Shown one piece after another: positions 50,879 through 59,836 of a stretch of DNA of 64,000 nt. Under the pieces are notes generated by a model. The model saw only the letters and a program-made list of their open reading frames with translations, did no database searches and had not been told where the DNA came from. How positions within the stretch are numbered: position 1 is the stretch's first letter; each line of letters starts with the position of its first letter. This DNA is from Nitrososphaerota archaeon (GTDB taxonomy: Archaea > Thermoproteota > Nitrososphaeria_A > Caldarchaeales > Calditenuaceae): contig JAWBQR010000005.1 of assembly GCA_038845265.1 (NCBI GenBank), positions 1-64,000 on the forward strand, given 5' to 3'. A program made the position numbers and the translations under genes.

Positions 50879-51247
50879 ATGGTAAAAAAAATTGTCTCAT
50901 CTACACCAGTAAGCATCCCAGAAGTTAAAGAACTACTTTCAAACAAAAAACAAGAATTAACGCCTCTTCAAATGAGGGTATATAATTATGCTGCAAGCTT
51001 CTCCAAAATATCGCCAGAAGCAGCGAGAAAACTAATCAATGAACTTATTGAGCAACATGGATTGCAGCGTGATGAGGCATGTCAAATAGTTAATATTTGC
51101 CCAACCACAGTTGAAGAACTTAGAACGATACTATCCGGATATAAAAGATTAGTTTCTACTATTCTATTTTCTGATGAAAAATTAAATGAAATTCTTCGAT
51201 TAATTAAGCAGTATTTGGCTATGGAGGCAAAGATGCAAGAGATCTAG
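50879..51247 (+). CDS. rpo4: DNA-directed RNA polymerase subunit Rpo4 (RpoF)
   Basis: SIPEVKELL, YAASFSK, IVNICPTTVEELRTIL; conserved L21e-rpoF-DUF655-rsmA order. Confidence 0.92.
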   Translation: MVKKIVSSTPVSIPEVKELLSNKKQELTPLQMRVYNYAASFSKISPEAARKLINELIEQHGLQRDEACQIVNICPTTVEELRTILSGYKRLVSTILFSDEKLNEILRLIKQYLAMEAKMQEI

Positions 51248-51260
51248 CATTATGAAATAA

Positions 51261-51860
51261 GTGTTATTGAATATGGAGCGTACAAAACAGAAATTATACG
51301 AAGATGAGGCATATGTTCTAGACATATTACCCCAGAGACCTGGAGCTAAACAACCATTTCTAGAACGAAATATGCAAATTGCTCAAATGCTGGGGTCTGA
51401 ATACTTCACATTGCTAGAAGCCTTGGTAAACCAATCACTCGGATTAAAGCCAGGAATGAAGACATATATAGGTAGAGATGTACCAAGAGATTTAATAAGA
51501 ATTGTCAGAAGAATAACCTATAATAACCTTACTGAAAATGCCAAATATGAACTCGAAAAAATTATCGACACCATTGTTCATGAAAAAGAACAAAGATTCG
51601 TCGAGTTTATCAATACATGTGGTCCATTGACCCCACGATTACATGCCTTAGAGACAATTCCAGGAATAGGGAAAAAACTAATGCAAAAAATAATTGAAGA
51701 GAGAGAAAACCGACCATTTGTAAGCTATGAAGATATCAAAAATAGAGTCGGCATAAATGATATTGATAAAGCAATAGCAAAGAGAATCTTCATAGAACTT
51801 ACTGATTCAAATAATAGACACTGGTTGTTTGTCAGACTACCTTCTCAGGGCACTCCATAA
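51261..51860 (+). CDS. DUF655 family predicted RNA-binding protein
   Basis: AYVLD, FTLLE, RLHALETIPGIGKK. Confidence 0.92.
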   Translation: MLLNMERTKQKLYEDEAYVLDILPQRPGAKQPFLERNMQIAQMLGSEYFTLLEALVNQSLGLKPGMKTYIGRDVPRDLIRIVRRITYNNLTENAKYELEKIIDTIVHEKEQRFVEFINTCGPLTPRLHALETIPGIGKKLMQKIIEERENRPFVSYEDIKNRVGINDIDKAIAKRIFIELTDSNNRHWLFVRLPSQGTP

Positions 51861-51869
51861 TTATTCAAT

Positions 51870-52595
51870 ATGACAAGACTCGGACAACACTTCTTAAAAA
51901 ATGAAGAAATTTTAGAGAAATTAATAGAATTAGGAGAAATCAAACCCACAGATATTGTACTAGAGCCAGGATGTGGGGACGGAAAACTAACAGAAAAATT
52001 GGCAAAACAAGGATGCAAAGTCATAGCTATCGAGATCGATGAAAAACTAGCATCTATAGCGGCAAATAGACTTGCAATGTATGACAATGTAAGACTCATT
52101 ATTGGAGACTTATTAAGAGTTAAACCCACAGGATTTAACAAAGTCATCGGAAATCCACCATACTACATATCATCACGCCTGATCCATTGGCTAATAACAG
52201 GACCTATGCCAGAATTAATGGTAATGACATTGCAACGTGAATTCGCTGAAAAATTATGTGCAAGGCCAAAGCAGGATAACTATGTATACTTATCAGTACT
52301 CACACAGCTTTTTTATGACGTTAAAGTTTATGGAGTAGCCCCCCGCCGATACTTCTCTCCACCACCAAAGGTATCATCCAGGATAGTAATTATGAGGAGA
52401 AAACCCAAAATACACCCAAATATACTTAACCATATTTGGTTGATAAAAAATCTCTTTACAAGGAAGAGACACCTAATAAAAAGAGAGCTTAAAAAGTTAG
52501 ACATAGAGATACCACCCCAACTAATAGGGAAGAGGATTTATGAAATCGATGTTGAGAACTACTACAATCTACTTTCCAAACTTACTCCCCAATAA
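51870..52595 (+). CDS. rsmA: 16S rRNA adenine dimethyltransferase (RsmA/KsgA/Dim1)
   Basis: LGQHFL, EPGCGDG, GNPPYYISS, QREFA, PPPKVSS. Confidence 0.93.
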   Translation: MTRLGQHFLKNEEILEKLIELGEIKPTDIVLEPGCGDGKLTEKLAKQGCKVIAIEIDEKLASIAANRLAMYDNVRLIIGDLLRVKPTGFNKVIGNPPYYISSRLIHWLITGPMPELMVMTLQREFAEKLCARPKQDNYVYLSVLTQLFYDVKVYGVAPRRYFSPPPKVSSRIVIMRRKPKIHPNILNHIWLIKNLFTRKRHLIKRELKKLDIEIPPQLIGKRIYEIDVENYYNLLSKLTPQ

Positions 52596-52639
52596 TTGGA
52601 CAACCCTTATATTGAACATACAGACTACATATCTAAAGA

Positions 52640-53161
52640 ATGCACGCAAAAAACTACCGAAAAATTGAGAGACCATACACTAGGGCCGAATTTATCCACG
52701 GAGCCCCCCAGCCAAGATTAGCGAAATATGACTATGGAAATTGGAGGGGAGATTATGAATATGAAGTCTCATTAATAGCCGAGACAAATTGTCAGATACG
52801 CGATGTCGCCCTTGAATCTGCAAGAGTATCTGCAGGCAAAACTCTCACGGCAAAACTAGGCGACAATTTTTATCTAGCAGTGAAGGTACATCCTCATCAT
52901 GTCCTAAGAGAAAACAAGATGATTTTCGGAGCACATGCTGACAGACTTCAAGAAGGAATGAGTAGAGCCTTCGGAAGACCAATTGGAAGAGCAGCGCAAG
53001 TCGAGGCGGGGACCAAAGTTTTAACAGTGCATGTTTATAGGAACGGAATAGAAGCAGCACGAGAGGCACTAAAGATAGCGGCTAAGAAACTTCCAAAAAA
53101 TTATAGAATAGAAATTATACAATTGAAAAAAGAAGTTGTCAGCAGTAGTGAAGCAAATTAG
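52640..53161 (+). CDS. rpl10e: 50S ribosomal protein L10e (uL16)
   Basis: PYTR.EFI.G.P, ALESAR, LRENKM..GAHADRLQEGM..AFGRP. Confidence 0.95.
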   Translation: MHAKNYRKIERPYTRAEFIHGAPQPRLAKYDYGNWRGDYEYEVSLIAETNCQIRDVALESARVSAGKTLTAKLGDNFYLAVKVHPHHVLRENKMIFGAHADRLQEGMSRAFGRPIGRAAQVEAGTKVLTVHVYRNGIEAAREALKIAAKKLPKNYRIEIIQLKKEVVSSSEAN

Positions 53162-53169
53162 CACAGAAT

Positions 53170-54084
53170 CTACTTTGCAAGCAGTTTGTAGAGGAGAGCT
53201 GCAGAGGTGTGCATTCTATTCTCGGCCTGATCAATTATTATTGATGACGGACCATACGCTACACTTTCCTCTACTTCCTCTCCAACCCTCATCGGCATAC
53301 AGTGCATAAATTTAGCATCTTTTTTTGCCAGGCTCATCAGCCTCTCATTAACCTGATACTTAGGAATGAATACCTTAGTTCTTGTCTCTCTTTCCTGCTC
53401 CTGTCCCATCGAGACAAAAACGTCTGTATAAATGAAGTCTGCATCCCTAACTGCTTCTTCTGGATCGTCAGTAAATACAACATTGGCTCTTGACTCTTCT
53501 GCCCATTTGTATGCCTGTGCCTTGATAGCTTCATTAACTTGATACCCAATAGGCGAAGCCACGGATATGTCTACACCGACTAATGAACATATCTGCACAA
53601 GTGACGTACAGACATTATTGCCATCCCCTACGTATGCTACCTTTACATGTTTCTTTCCTACACTATACTCGAAAATCGTCATTAGGTCTGCGAGGGCTTG
53701 GCATGGGTGATGCTTGTCGGAGAGAGCGTTAATTACAGGAACCGAGCTGTGATTTGCCAGCTCGGTAATTGTGGAGTGGCTGATTACTCTCGCCACTATT
53801 GCGTCAACATACCTAGAGAGCACCATGGCTGTATCTTTTATTGGTTCTCCTCTAGCTAGTTGGAGCTCTCCTGATGAGAGAAAGATTGCATCTCCGCCCA
53901 GCTTGTGGATTGCTGAGGTGAAGGAGACTCTTGTACGTGTTGACGGCTTCTCAAAGATCAGGGCGACTATTTTGCCTTTTAATGAGGTGGCTGGGTATCC
54001 TCGCTTCTTGAATCTTGTGGCTATTTTGATTATTTCTAGGATCTCTTCCTTTTTTGTGTCTGTAAATTCTAGGAGGTGTTTCAT
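53170..54084 (-). CDS. argF: Ornithine carbamoyltransferase
   Basis: FEKPSTRTR, HPCQALAD, GDGNNV, SMG, HCMP. Confidence 0.95.
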   Translation of the reverse strand: MKHLLEFTDTKKEEILEIIKIATRFKKRGYPATSLKGKIVALIFEKPSTRTRVSFTSAIHKLGGDAIFLSSGELQLARGEPIKDTAMVLSRYVDAIVARVISHSTITELANHSSVPVINALSDKHHPCQALADLMTIFEYSVGKKHVKVAYVGDGNNVCTSLVQICSLVGVDISVASPIGYQVNEAIKAQAYKWAEESRANVVFTDDPEEAVRDADFIYTDVFVSMGQEQERETRTKVFIPKYQVNERLMSLAKKDAKFMHCMPMRVGEEVEESVAYGPSSIIIDQAENRMHTSAALLYKLLAK

Positions 54085-54187
54085 TCTTTTTCGGTTATTT
54101 AATTGTGACGTGGTTGGATTTATTTTTATTTATTGCTGCTTGGTAATCCTTAACACTAAGTCATGCTAGTTGTGTTTGGTATCTGGC

Positions 54188-55930
54188 ATGTCTGGTAATG
54201 AAGCTCGTGAGGCCAGGTTTTCCAGCGAGTTGCTCGGGATACTTAGTGCCCTTTCGGCTCCTGAGAGACTTAGGATTCTCCTGGCGCTTGAAAGTGGTGG
54301 CCTGAGCTATTCTGAGCTTATGAAGACTGTTGGGATGAGTAGGAGACGTGATTTGGGGAGATTTTCTTATCACTTGAGGAGGCTGCTTGAGGTTGGTCTT
54401 GTCGAGGTTGATAGGGAGTCGAGGCTTTATAGGCTCAGCAGTGCTGGGTTTTCCGTCATTGAGCTGCTTAGGAATCTTTCGCTGAGGGTTGATCTGGGTG
54501 GTGGGTTGTTTGTTCGGAGATGGTTGTCTGTGGTTGAGCCTTTTGATAAGCTTAGGATTATTGATTCACTGGTCAGGGAGGCTGGTGTTCCTGTTAGAGT
54601 TGCGAGTAGGGTTGCGGGGAGGGTTGAGGACGAGTTGGTTAGGTTGGGTCTGGGGACGGTTGATTCGCCTGTCGTCAGGTGTCTTGTCGGTTATGAGCTT
54701 TTGAATCGTGGCCTTTTAGGGCATCTTTCGAGGTATGTTCAGGTCGGTCCGAGTCTTTATGATGTTTCTGGTCTTTTTAGGAGGAGTTTAGCTTCTGGTG
54801 ATTCTTTGGTTGTTGAGGATTTTGTTGATGATGTTTTGGGTGGTTTTGTGTTTAGGAGGTTGTTTCCTAGGGGGCTTGCTGAGTTTTGTTATGGTGGGGT
54901 GGTTGGGGTTTATCGTCCTGGTTCTTGGGTTAATGCTTTTCTCGGGTTTGGTCTTCTGTCTGATGGGGGGATTGTTGGTGTTGACGGGTTGATGAGCTTG
55001 TTGGTGCGTTCTAGGGTTGTTAGGGATGAGTTGGTTGTGGGTGGTAGGGAGGTTTCGTGGGAGGTTGTTGATAAGTTTGTGGATTTGTTGAGGAGTGTTC
55101 GTTGTGGGCGTGTGGGTTATAGTGTTTGTTCGTCGGCTGGTGTCTTTGTTGGGAGAGGTGGTTTTCCTAGCGAGTTTGGTAGGGCTGGTGATTTGATGTG
55201 TTCGTTTTCCTTGTTGGGTGGTTCGTTTGCTGTTTCTCGGCTTGTTGATGATTGTTTGCTTTTTGATTCTTTTGGTCTCTTTGGGCTTGGTGGGTCTTTG
55301 AGTGTTTTTGTTGGTGGGTTGTTTGGTGTGAATCTTGCTGGCTTGTTTCTGAGGAGTGATGGTCGTCTTGATCTTGTCTTGCAGCGGCTTAGGGAGGTGT
55401 TGCGTCAGGTTGTTCAGGCCGTATTGAAGAGGCATGGCTTTTTGGGTCGTATGCATCGTGATTTGGGCGGTGGGTCTTGTTATTATTTGGTGGCTCCTGT
55501 TGGGCTTCGAGAGGTCTTGGATCGTATTGTTGTTGAGAGGTCGCTGGGGGAGGCTCTTGGGTTCCTTAGGGATGTTTTGTCGGTGTTTAGGGATGTGTTG
55601 TCTGGTTCTTCTGGTAGGAGAGTTAGGGTTTCTGTGGCTTCTGTGTGGCCTAGGGATTTGTCTGAGTTTCTGTATCAGCGTGATGGTGCGTCTTTTGGTT
55701 CTCAGACTGTCGCGAGGTTTGTGGGGCCGGCTGGTGTCTATTCTGACAGCTTGTTTGGGTTTTCGTCGCCTATTTTTAGGGAGGGGGCGCGTGATGTGGC
55801 TGGGTATTTTGATTCTGGGCTTGTCGTTCCGGTTGATTTCTCTGTACTGGGTCAGGGCGGGTCGATGGATGAGTTGTTGGGTTTGTTTGAGACGATTGAT
55901 AACTTGGTCTTGAGGTTTAGGCGGGTCTAG
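54188..55930 (+). CDS. ArsR-type HTH + ATP-cone + degenerate class III ribonucleotide reductase-like fusion protein
   Basis: N-terminal wHTH (ERLRILLAL..LSYSELM..FSYHLRRL), ATP-cone-like VRRW..VEPFDKLRIIDSLVREAG..A.RV...VE; C-terminal part lacks a glycyl-radical R-x-x-G-Y motif. Confidence 0.72.
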   Translation: MSGNEAREARFSSELLGILSALSAPERLRILLALESGGLSYSELMKTVGMSRRRDLGRFSYHLRRLLEVGLVEVDRESRLYRLSSAGFSVIELLRNLSLRVDLGGGLFVRRWLSVVEPFDKLRIIDSLVREAGVPVRVASRVAGRVEDELVRLGLGTVDSPVVRCLVGYELLNRGLLGHLSRYVQVGPSLYDVSGLFRRSLASGDSLVVEDFVDDVLGGFVFRRLFPRGLAEFCYGGVVGVYRPGSWVNAFLGFGLLSDGGIVGVDGLMSLLVRSRVVRDELVVGGREVSWEVVDKFVDLLRSVRCGRVGYSVCSSAGVFVGRGGFPSEFGRAGDLMCSFSLLGGSFAVSRLVDDCLLFDSFGLFGLGGSLSVFVGGLFGVNLAGLFLRSDGRLDLVLQRLREVLRQVVQAVLKRHGFLGRMHRDLGGGSCYYLVAPVGLREVLDRIVVERSLGEALGFLRDVLSVFRDVLSGSSGRRVRVSVASVWPRDLSEFLYQRDGASFGSQTVARFVGPAGVYSDSLFGFSSPIFREGARDVAGYFDSGLVVPVDFSVLGQGGSMDELLGLFETIDNLVLRFRRV

Positions 55931-55931
55931 T

Positions 55932-56321
55932 TTATCTCTGGGTTGTTGTTTTTAGGGCTAGTATTGCTTTGGCTAGGTCTCCTCCTGCCTCTATTAGCGC
56001 TGTTCTTGCCTGTTCTTCTGTTACGCCTGCCTGCATTGCTACTATTGCTATGTCTTCGGGTGTTGGTTCGTAGGTTGGCTGCTTGGACTCGGGCTGCGGT
56101 GTCTCTTCTATTTCTTCGCCTCCTATTATTTGATAGACTCTGCCTGCGGCTGTGTCTAGTGATACTATGTTTGGGTTGTTTATTCTGATTTTTTTGTCTG
56201 TTAGTGTTATTGTTACTTCTATTGCGGTTCCTAGTTCTTTCATCGAGATGCCGAGGCTGCTCATCATTCTTTCCTGCATTCTTCTTAGGTCTCTGGGTCC
56301 TATGCGTATTTGCTTCTTCAA
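55932..56321 (-). CDS. nac: Nascent polypeptide-associated complex protein
   Basis: RRMQERMM..LGI, YQIIG, C-terminal UBA EDIAIVAMQAGV...AL....GDLAKAIL. Confidence 0.93.
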   Translation of the reverse strand: MKKQIRIGPRDLRRMQERMMSSLGISMKELGTAIEVTITLTDKKIRINNPNIVSLDTAAGRVYQIIGGEEIEETPQPESKQPTYEPTPEDIAIVAMQAGVTEEQARTALIEAGGDLAKAILALKTTTQR

Positions 56322-56680
56322 TCCCTATTGCACCTCTTTTATTACTCTTGTAAGTATGCTTTATCTGTTCTCTAGGGTGTTGTATTCCGCTCTGTAGGGG
56401 AGAGGTGTTAAGCATTCGTGATTTTTTGAAAAATTGCTTAACATTCTACCTCTCTCGCTCGTGATTAATACTTTGTAGTTTTTCTTTGCCTTTAACTGTC
56501 CTTGGATTATTCATCTCTCATCTATCTATAATTTAATTCCTGACTGTTTATATTTATTGAGACATGATTAATTATTTATTTCTTTGCCGTTGATGATGTT
56601 GTTGTAGTTAATGTGCTTCATTTTTTACATCATCGGGAGTATGAGTATATTTATAATGGAGTGCGGCAAGTGTTAGATAA

Positions 56681-57277
56681 ATGTCAAAAAGCTATTATGA
56701 GGCTTCGATAAATAGATTTCCGAGCAAGTATTGGCATAGGATGATTATAAATAATGCAAAATTTATGATTCAAAAATATAATATTTCTTCTCCTCTACTT
56801 GACTTGGGTTGTGGAGATGGAGTTAGGACTCGGCTAATTTTCGATAAAGACTTCGTGGTGCATGGCGTAGATAATGATCCTGAAATGATAGAATTCGCTA
56901 GAAGGAGACTTGATAAGGTATATTTAGGCAATATGGAGGATCCGCCTCCTGAGATTCTGAATAATAAGTATGGGACGATCCTCATAATGGAGAGCTTAGA
57001 GCATGTAAGAAATCCCGAAAAGGTTTTACGATTAGCCAATGAGTTATTAACAGATGATGGAGTATTATTAGTAATTGTTCCGCTGAATACACTTTTGTTT
57101 AGACTTATCTGGTGGATATGGACTAGGACTATGGGAAAGAAGTGGAAACATTTACACATACATAATTTTAAATCACCTAAACAATTATTTACTCTTCTTG
57201 AAAGATGGTTTAGAGTCGTTGAATACAAGAGAACAAACTTTGGTTGTATATTGATAGCGATTTGTAAGAAGCGATGA
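56681..57277 (+). CDS. Class I SAM-dependent methyltransferase
   Basis: LDLGCGDG, GVD, ESLEHV..P..L. Confidence 0.85.
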   Translation: MSKSYYEASINRFPSKYWHRMIINNAKFMIQKYNISSPLLDLGCGDGVRTRLIFDKDFVVHGVDNDPEMIEFARRRLDKVYLGNMEDPPPEILNNKYGTILIMESLEHVRNPEKVLRLANELLTDDGVLLVIVPLNTLLFRLIWWIWTRTMGKKWKHLHIHNFKSPKQLFTLLERWFRVVEYKRTNFGCILIAICKKR

Positions 57278-57336
57278 AGTCAGTAAAATATTCTTTCTGC
57301 TAAGTTATTGCTGTGTCTACGCTTTGTTTTTGTGAC

Positions 57337-57972
57337 TTAAGTTTTTTGTTTCAGGTAAATCTTGCTTCCTACAATAGAATTGTTTGGTATCAACACTTTT
57401 GTGCCATCACTCTTTATAACTATTGTGAATAACGTTGATACCTCATCGACGACGCCTTCTTCTCCACCTAGAACGACGAGATCGCCTATTTTGTATGGCC
57501 TAGTTATTAGGAGAAAGAATCCAGCAATTGCTTGTCCTAATACTTGCTGGGAGGCGAAGCCTATCACTATGCCTAGGAAGCCTCCTAGGGCGACACCTGC
57601 AGCGCCTCCAGCCACGCCACCCGCAATGGATGCAACTAGTGCTCCAATGCCTATGATCTTTACGAGGTTCCTGACAGCTGCAGCTGTGGCGTGGTCGTAT
57701 TTCGACCTTAAAGACCAATAAAAGAATATTCCAACACTATTTACAATTAGGTATCCGAAGGCTAATGCGAGGAGCACGTGCACATATCCCATATACTCAG
57801 TAATGTTTATTCCAAGCGATGGTAGGAAGCTACTAGAGAACCATTGAAGAATCGCTGCTACGACTATGTATAAGACTATGTATATGATAATTCTTGCCAT
57901 CGAGGTTGTTGTCTTTTTCGCCACCTCAGTCCTACTAATATGTTCTGATGATGTAGACAATTCAGTACTCAT
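57337..57972 (-). CDS. mscS: Small-conductance mechanosensitive channel (MscS family, short)
   Basis: GFASQQVLGQAIAG...RPYKIGD.V, G.V, IPN. Confidence 0.88.
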   Translation of the reverse strand: MSTELSTSSEHISRTEVAKKTTTSMARIIIYIVLYIVVAAILQWFSSSFLPSLGINITEYMGYVHVLLALAFGYLIVNSVGIFFYWSLRSKYDHATAAAVRNLVKIIGIGALVASIAGGVAGGAAGVALGGFLGIVIGFASQQVLGQAIAGFFLLITRPYKIGDLVVLGGEEGVVDEVSTLFTIVIKSDGTKVLIPNNSIVGSKIYLKQKT

Positions 57973-58083
57973 AATTCACCTATAATACTTCACGAAGATG
58001 ATATATTTGTCTTCTTGTTTTTGCTTCGGAGCCTCGGGCAAGGGTTAATAGTTATTATCAGTTCCAGTATCACTGGAGCCGCT

Positions 58084-59346
58084 TTGGTGGATGTCTCTGA
58101 TTTGAGGGTCATTATTCCTGTTGGGGGCGAGGCTAAGCGTCTGAAGCCCCTCACTGCCGAGGTCTCTAAGGCCTTGGTAAGGTTTCTGAATAAGCCGCTT
58201 GTCGAGCATGCAATGGCCAAGTTAGCATCTCAGGGTGTTCGTGAATTCATATTCGGCGTCAAGGGATACATAAACTATAAGAGCCTATACGACTATTTTC
58301 AGGACGGCGCAGGATTCTCTGCACGATACAGACTTGGTCATCGAGTCCGTATTTTTTATCAGCCCAACATCGACGATTTGGGGAGCGCAGACTCCGTCAG
58401 GCTCAACATGGAGTTCTATAACATTGATGACTACTTGATGGTTATTCAGGGGGACAATATTTTTGACATTGACATTCGGAGGATACTTTCTTTTCACGTA
58501 GAGAGTGGAGCCTTAATGACAATCGGCCTCACAAAAGTCACTGATGTTGAGAGATATGGAATAGCTGAGCTTAATGATGATTCTAGAATCTGTAGGTTTA
58601 TTGAGAAGCCAAAGAGATACGAGACCCAGTCAAGACTCGCAAATACTGGAATATACATACTCTCACCGGAGATGCGCAAGATTCTTTCTGGAGATAAAGT
58701 GATGAGAGTTCTGAAGGAGAGGCAGAGGCTTGACTTTGGAATGGACCTCATACCAATGCTCGTCGATGATGGCTACCCGGTATATGGCTACATACTACCC
58801 GGCGAATGGTACGACGTCGGCACACCAGAGACATATTTAGACTCGATGATAAAGCTGATCAATAGAGACGACGCGTCTGATTATCTGGGAGAGCCTATAG
58901 AACCTTCTGTGAAGATATGGATACAGGCTCATGACGTGGAAGAACGACGGAATAGGGAGAACCTCCTAAAAAAGATCCGAGATGGGAGTATAAGAATTGA
59001 GGGCGCCGCCCTCATTGGGAGGCACTGCCAGATTGGAGAAAACGTAGTCATTAAGGATTCATGCATCGATAATTTCTCGATAATTCTCGACGAAGCAGTA
59101 GTTGAGAGGTCGGCGATACTTGATAGAACTATCGTTGGAGAGGCTGCAGAGATACGCGACGCCATAATATCTAGGCACGTAAAGATTTCATCATCAAGGA
59201 ATAACCCAACCCGAGTAGACGGAGTCAGCGTAATCGGAGACGACTCCACGATTGGTGAGGGATGCATAATTTCAGGAACGAAGATCTATCCCCACATAGT
59301 TATTCCATCCTTCAGTATGCTTAGAAATATTACGATAACTAGTTGA
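58084..59346 (+). CDS. Sugar-phosphate nucleotidyltransferase with left-handed beta-helix
   Basis: PVGGEAKRLKPLT..VSKAL, QGDN, FIEKP, WYDVGTP, hexapeptide repeats. Confidence 0.9.
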   Translation: MVDVSDLRVIIPVGGEAKRLKPLTAEVSKALVRFLNKPLVEHAMAKLASQGVREFIFGVKGYINYKSLYDYFQDGAGFSARYRLGHRVRIFYQPNIDDLGSADSVRLNMEFYNIDDYLMVIQGDNIFDIDIRRILSFHVESGALMTIGLTKVTDVERYGIAELNDDSRICRFIEKPKRYETQSRLANTGIYILSPEMRKILSGDKVMRVLKERQRLDFGMDLIPMLVDDGYPVYGYILPGEWYDVGTPETYLDSMIKLINRDDASDYLGEPIEPSVKIWIQAHDVEERRNRENLLKKIRDGSIRIEGAALIGRHCQIGENVVIKDSCIDNFSIILDEAVVERSAILDRTIVGEAAEIRDAIISRHVKISSSRNNPTRVDGVSVIGDDSTIGEGCIISGTKIYPHIVIPSFSMLRNITITS

Positions 59347-59406
59347 ATCATCTCTTTTTCAAGAGGCATAGATTAGGATAAATACGGGGCAGGATTAGTT
59401 ATTCAC

Positions 59407-59790
59407 GTGGCCTCGCCCCGAGTTAGGACAAACCCCCAAAAGCCCTCACCGACAAAGCCAAGGCAGAAATCAAACATCATCGAGCGAGTCGAGAGATACG
59501 AGTTCATCGAAGGCTACGGCGAGATCATAAGAAAGGCAAGAGAGAAGCTCGGGATGACTAGAGAAGAGCTCGGCGCACTAATTCAGGACAAGGCATCAGT
59601 CATCAAGAAGATAGAGAACGAAGAGCTAAAGCCGACCATAGAGCAGGCAAAGAAATTAGAGAAAACACTTAAGGTCAAGATTCTCGTAGAGGTCTCCGAA
59701 GAAGTCGAGGAGCTCTTCAAGCCTCCGAAGACTAAGCCGACTGGAGTTACGCTCGGCGACCTCATGAGAAGCCAAGAAAAAGAGAGATAA
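59407..59790 (+). CDS. mbf1: Archaeal multiprotein bridging factor aMBF1 (HTH; no Zn ribbon seen)
   Basis: YGEIIRKAREKLG.TREEL...KIEN.ELKP...AKKLEK.L, TLGD C-terminal motif; next to hflX. Confidence 0.88.
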   Translation: MASPRVRTNPQKPSPTKPRQKSNIIERVERYEFIEGYGEIIRKAREKLGMTREELGALIQDKASVIKKIENEELKPTIEQAKKLEKTLKVKILVEVSEEVEELFKPPKTKPTGVTLGDLMRSQEKER

Positions 59791-59836
59791 CGATTTAAAG
59801 AGCGCTAGACATATATGATATTCAGAGGGCAGGTGA

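Noticed and set aside
54489-56415. Several long alternative-frame ORFs (54788-55456, 55434-55913, 55927-56415 and others)
   Set aside because: By-products of extreme G+T skew overlapping the fusion gene and nac; no recognisable motifs
56360-56515. Short open minus-strand frame upstream of nac (IIQGQLKAKKNYKVLITSERG...)
   Set aside because: No convincing start, SD or recognisable homology; cannot support as gene or pseudogene
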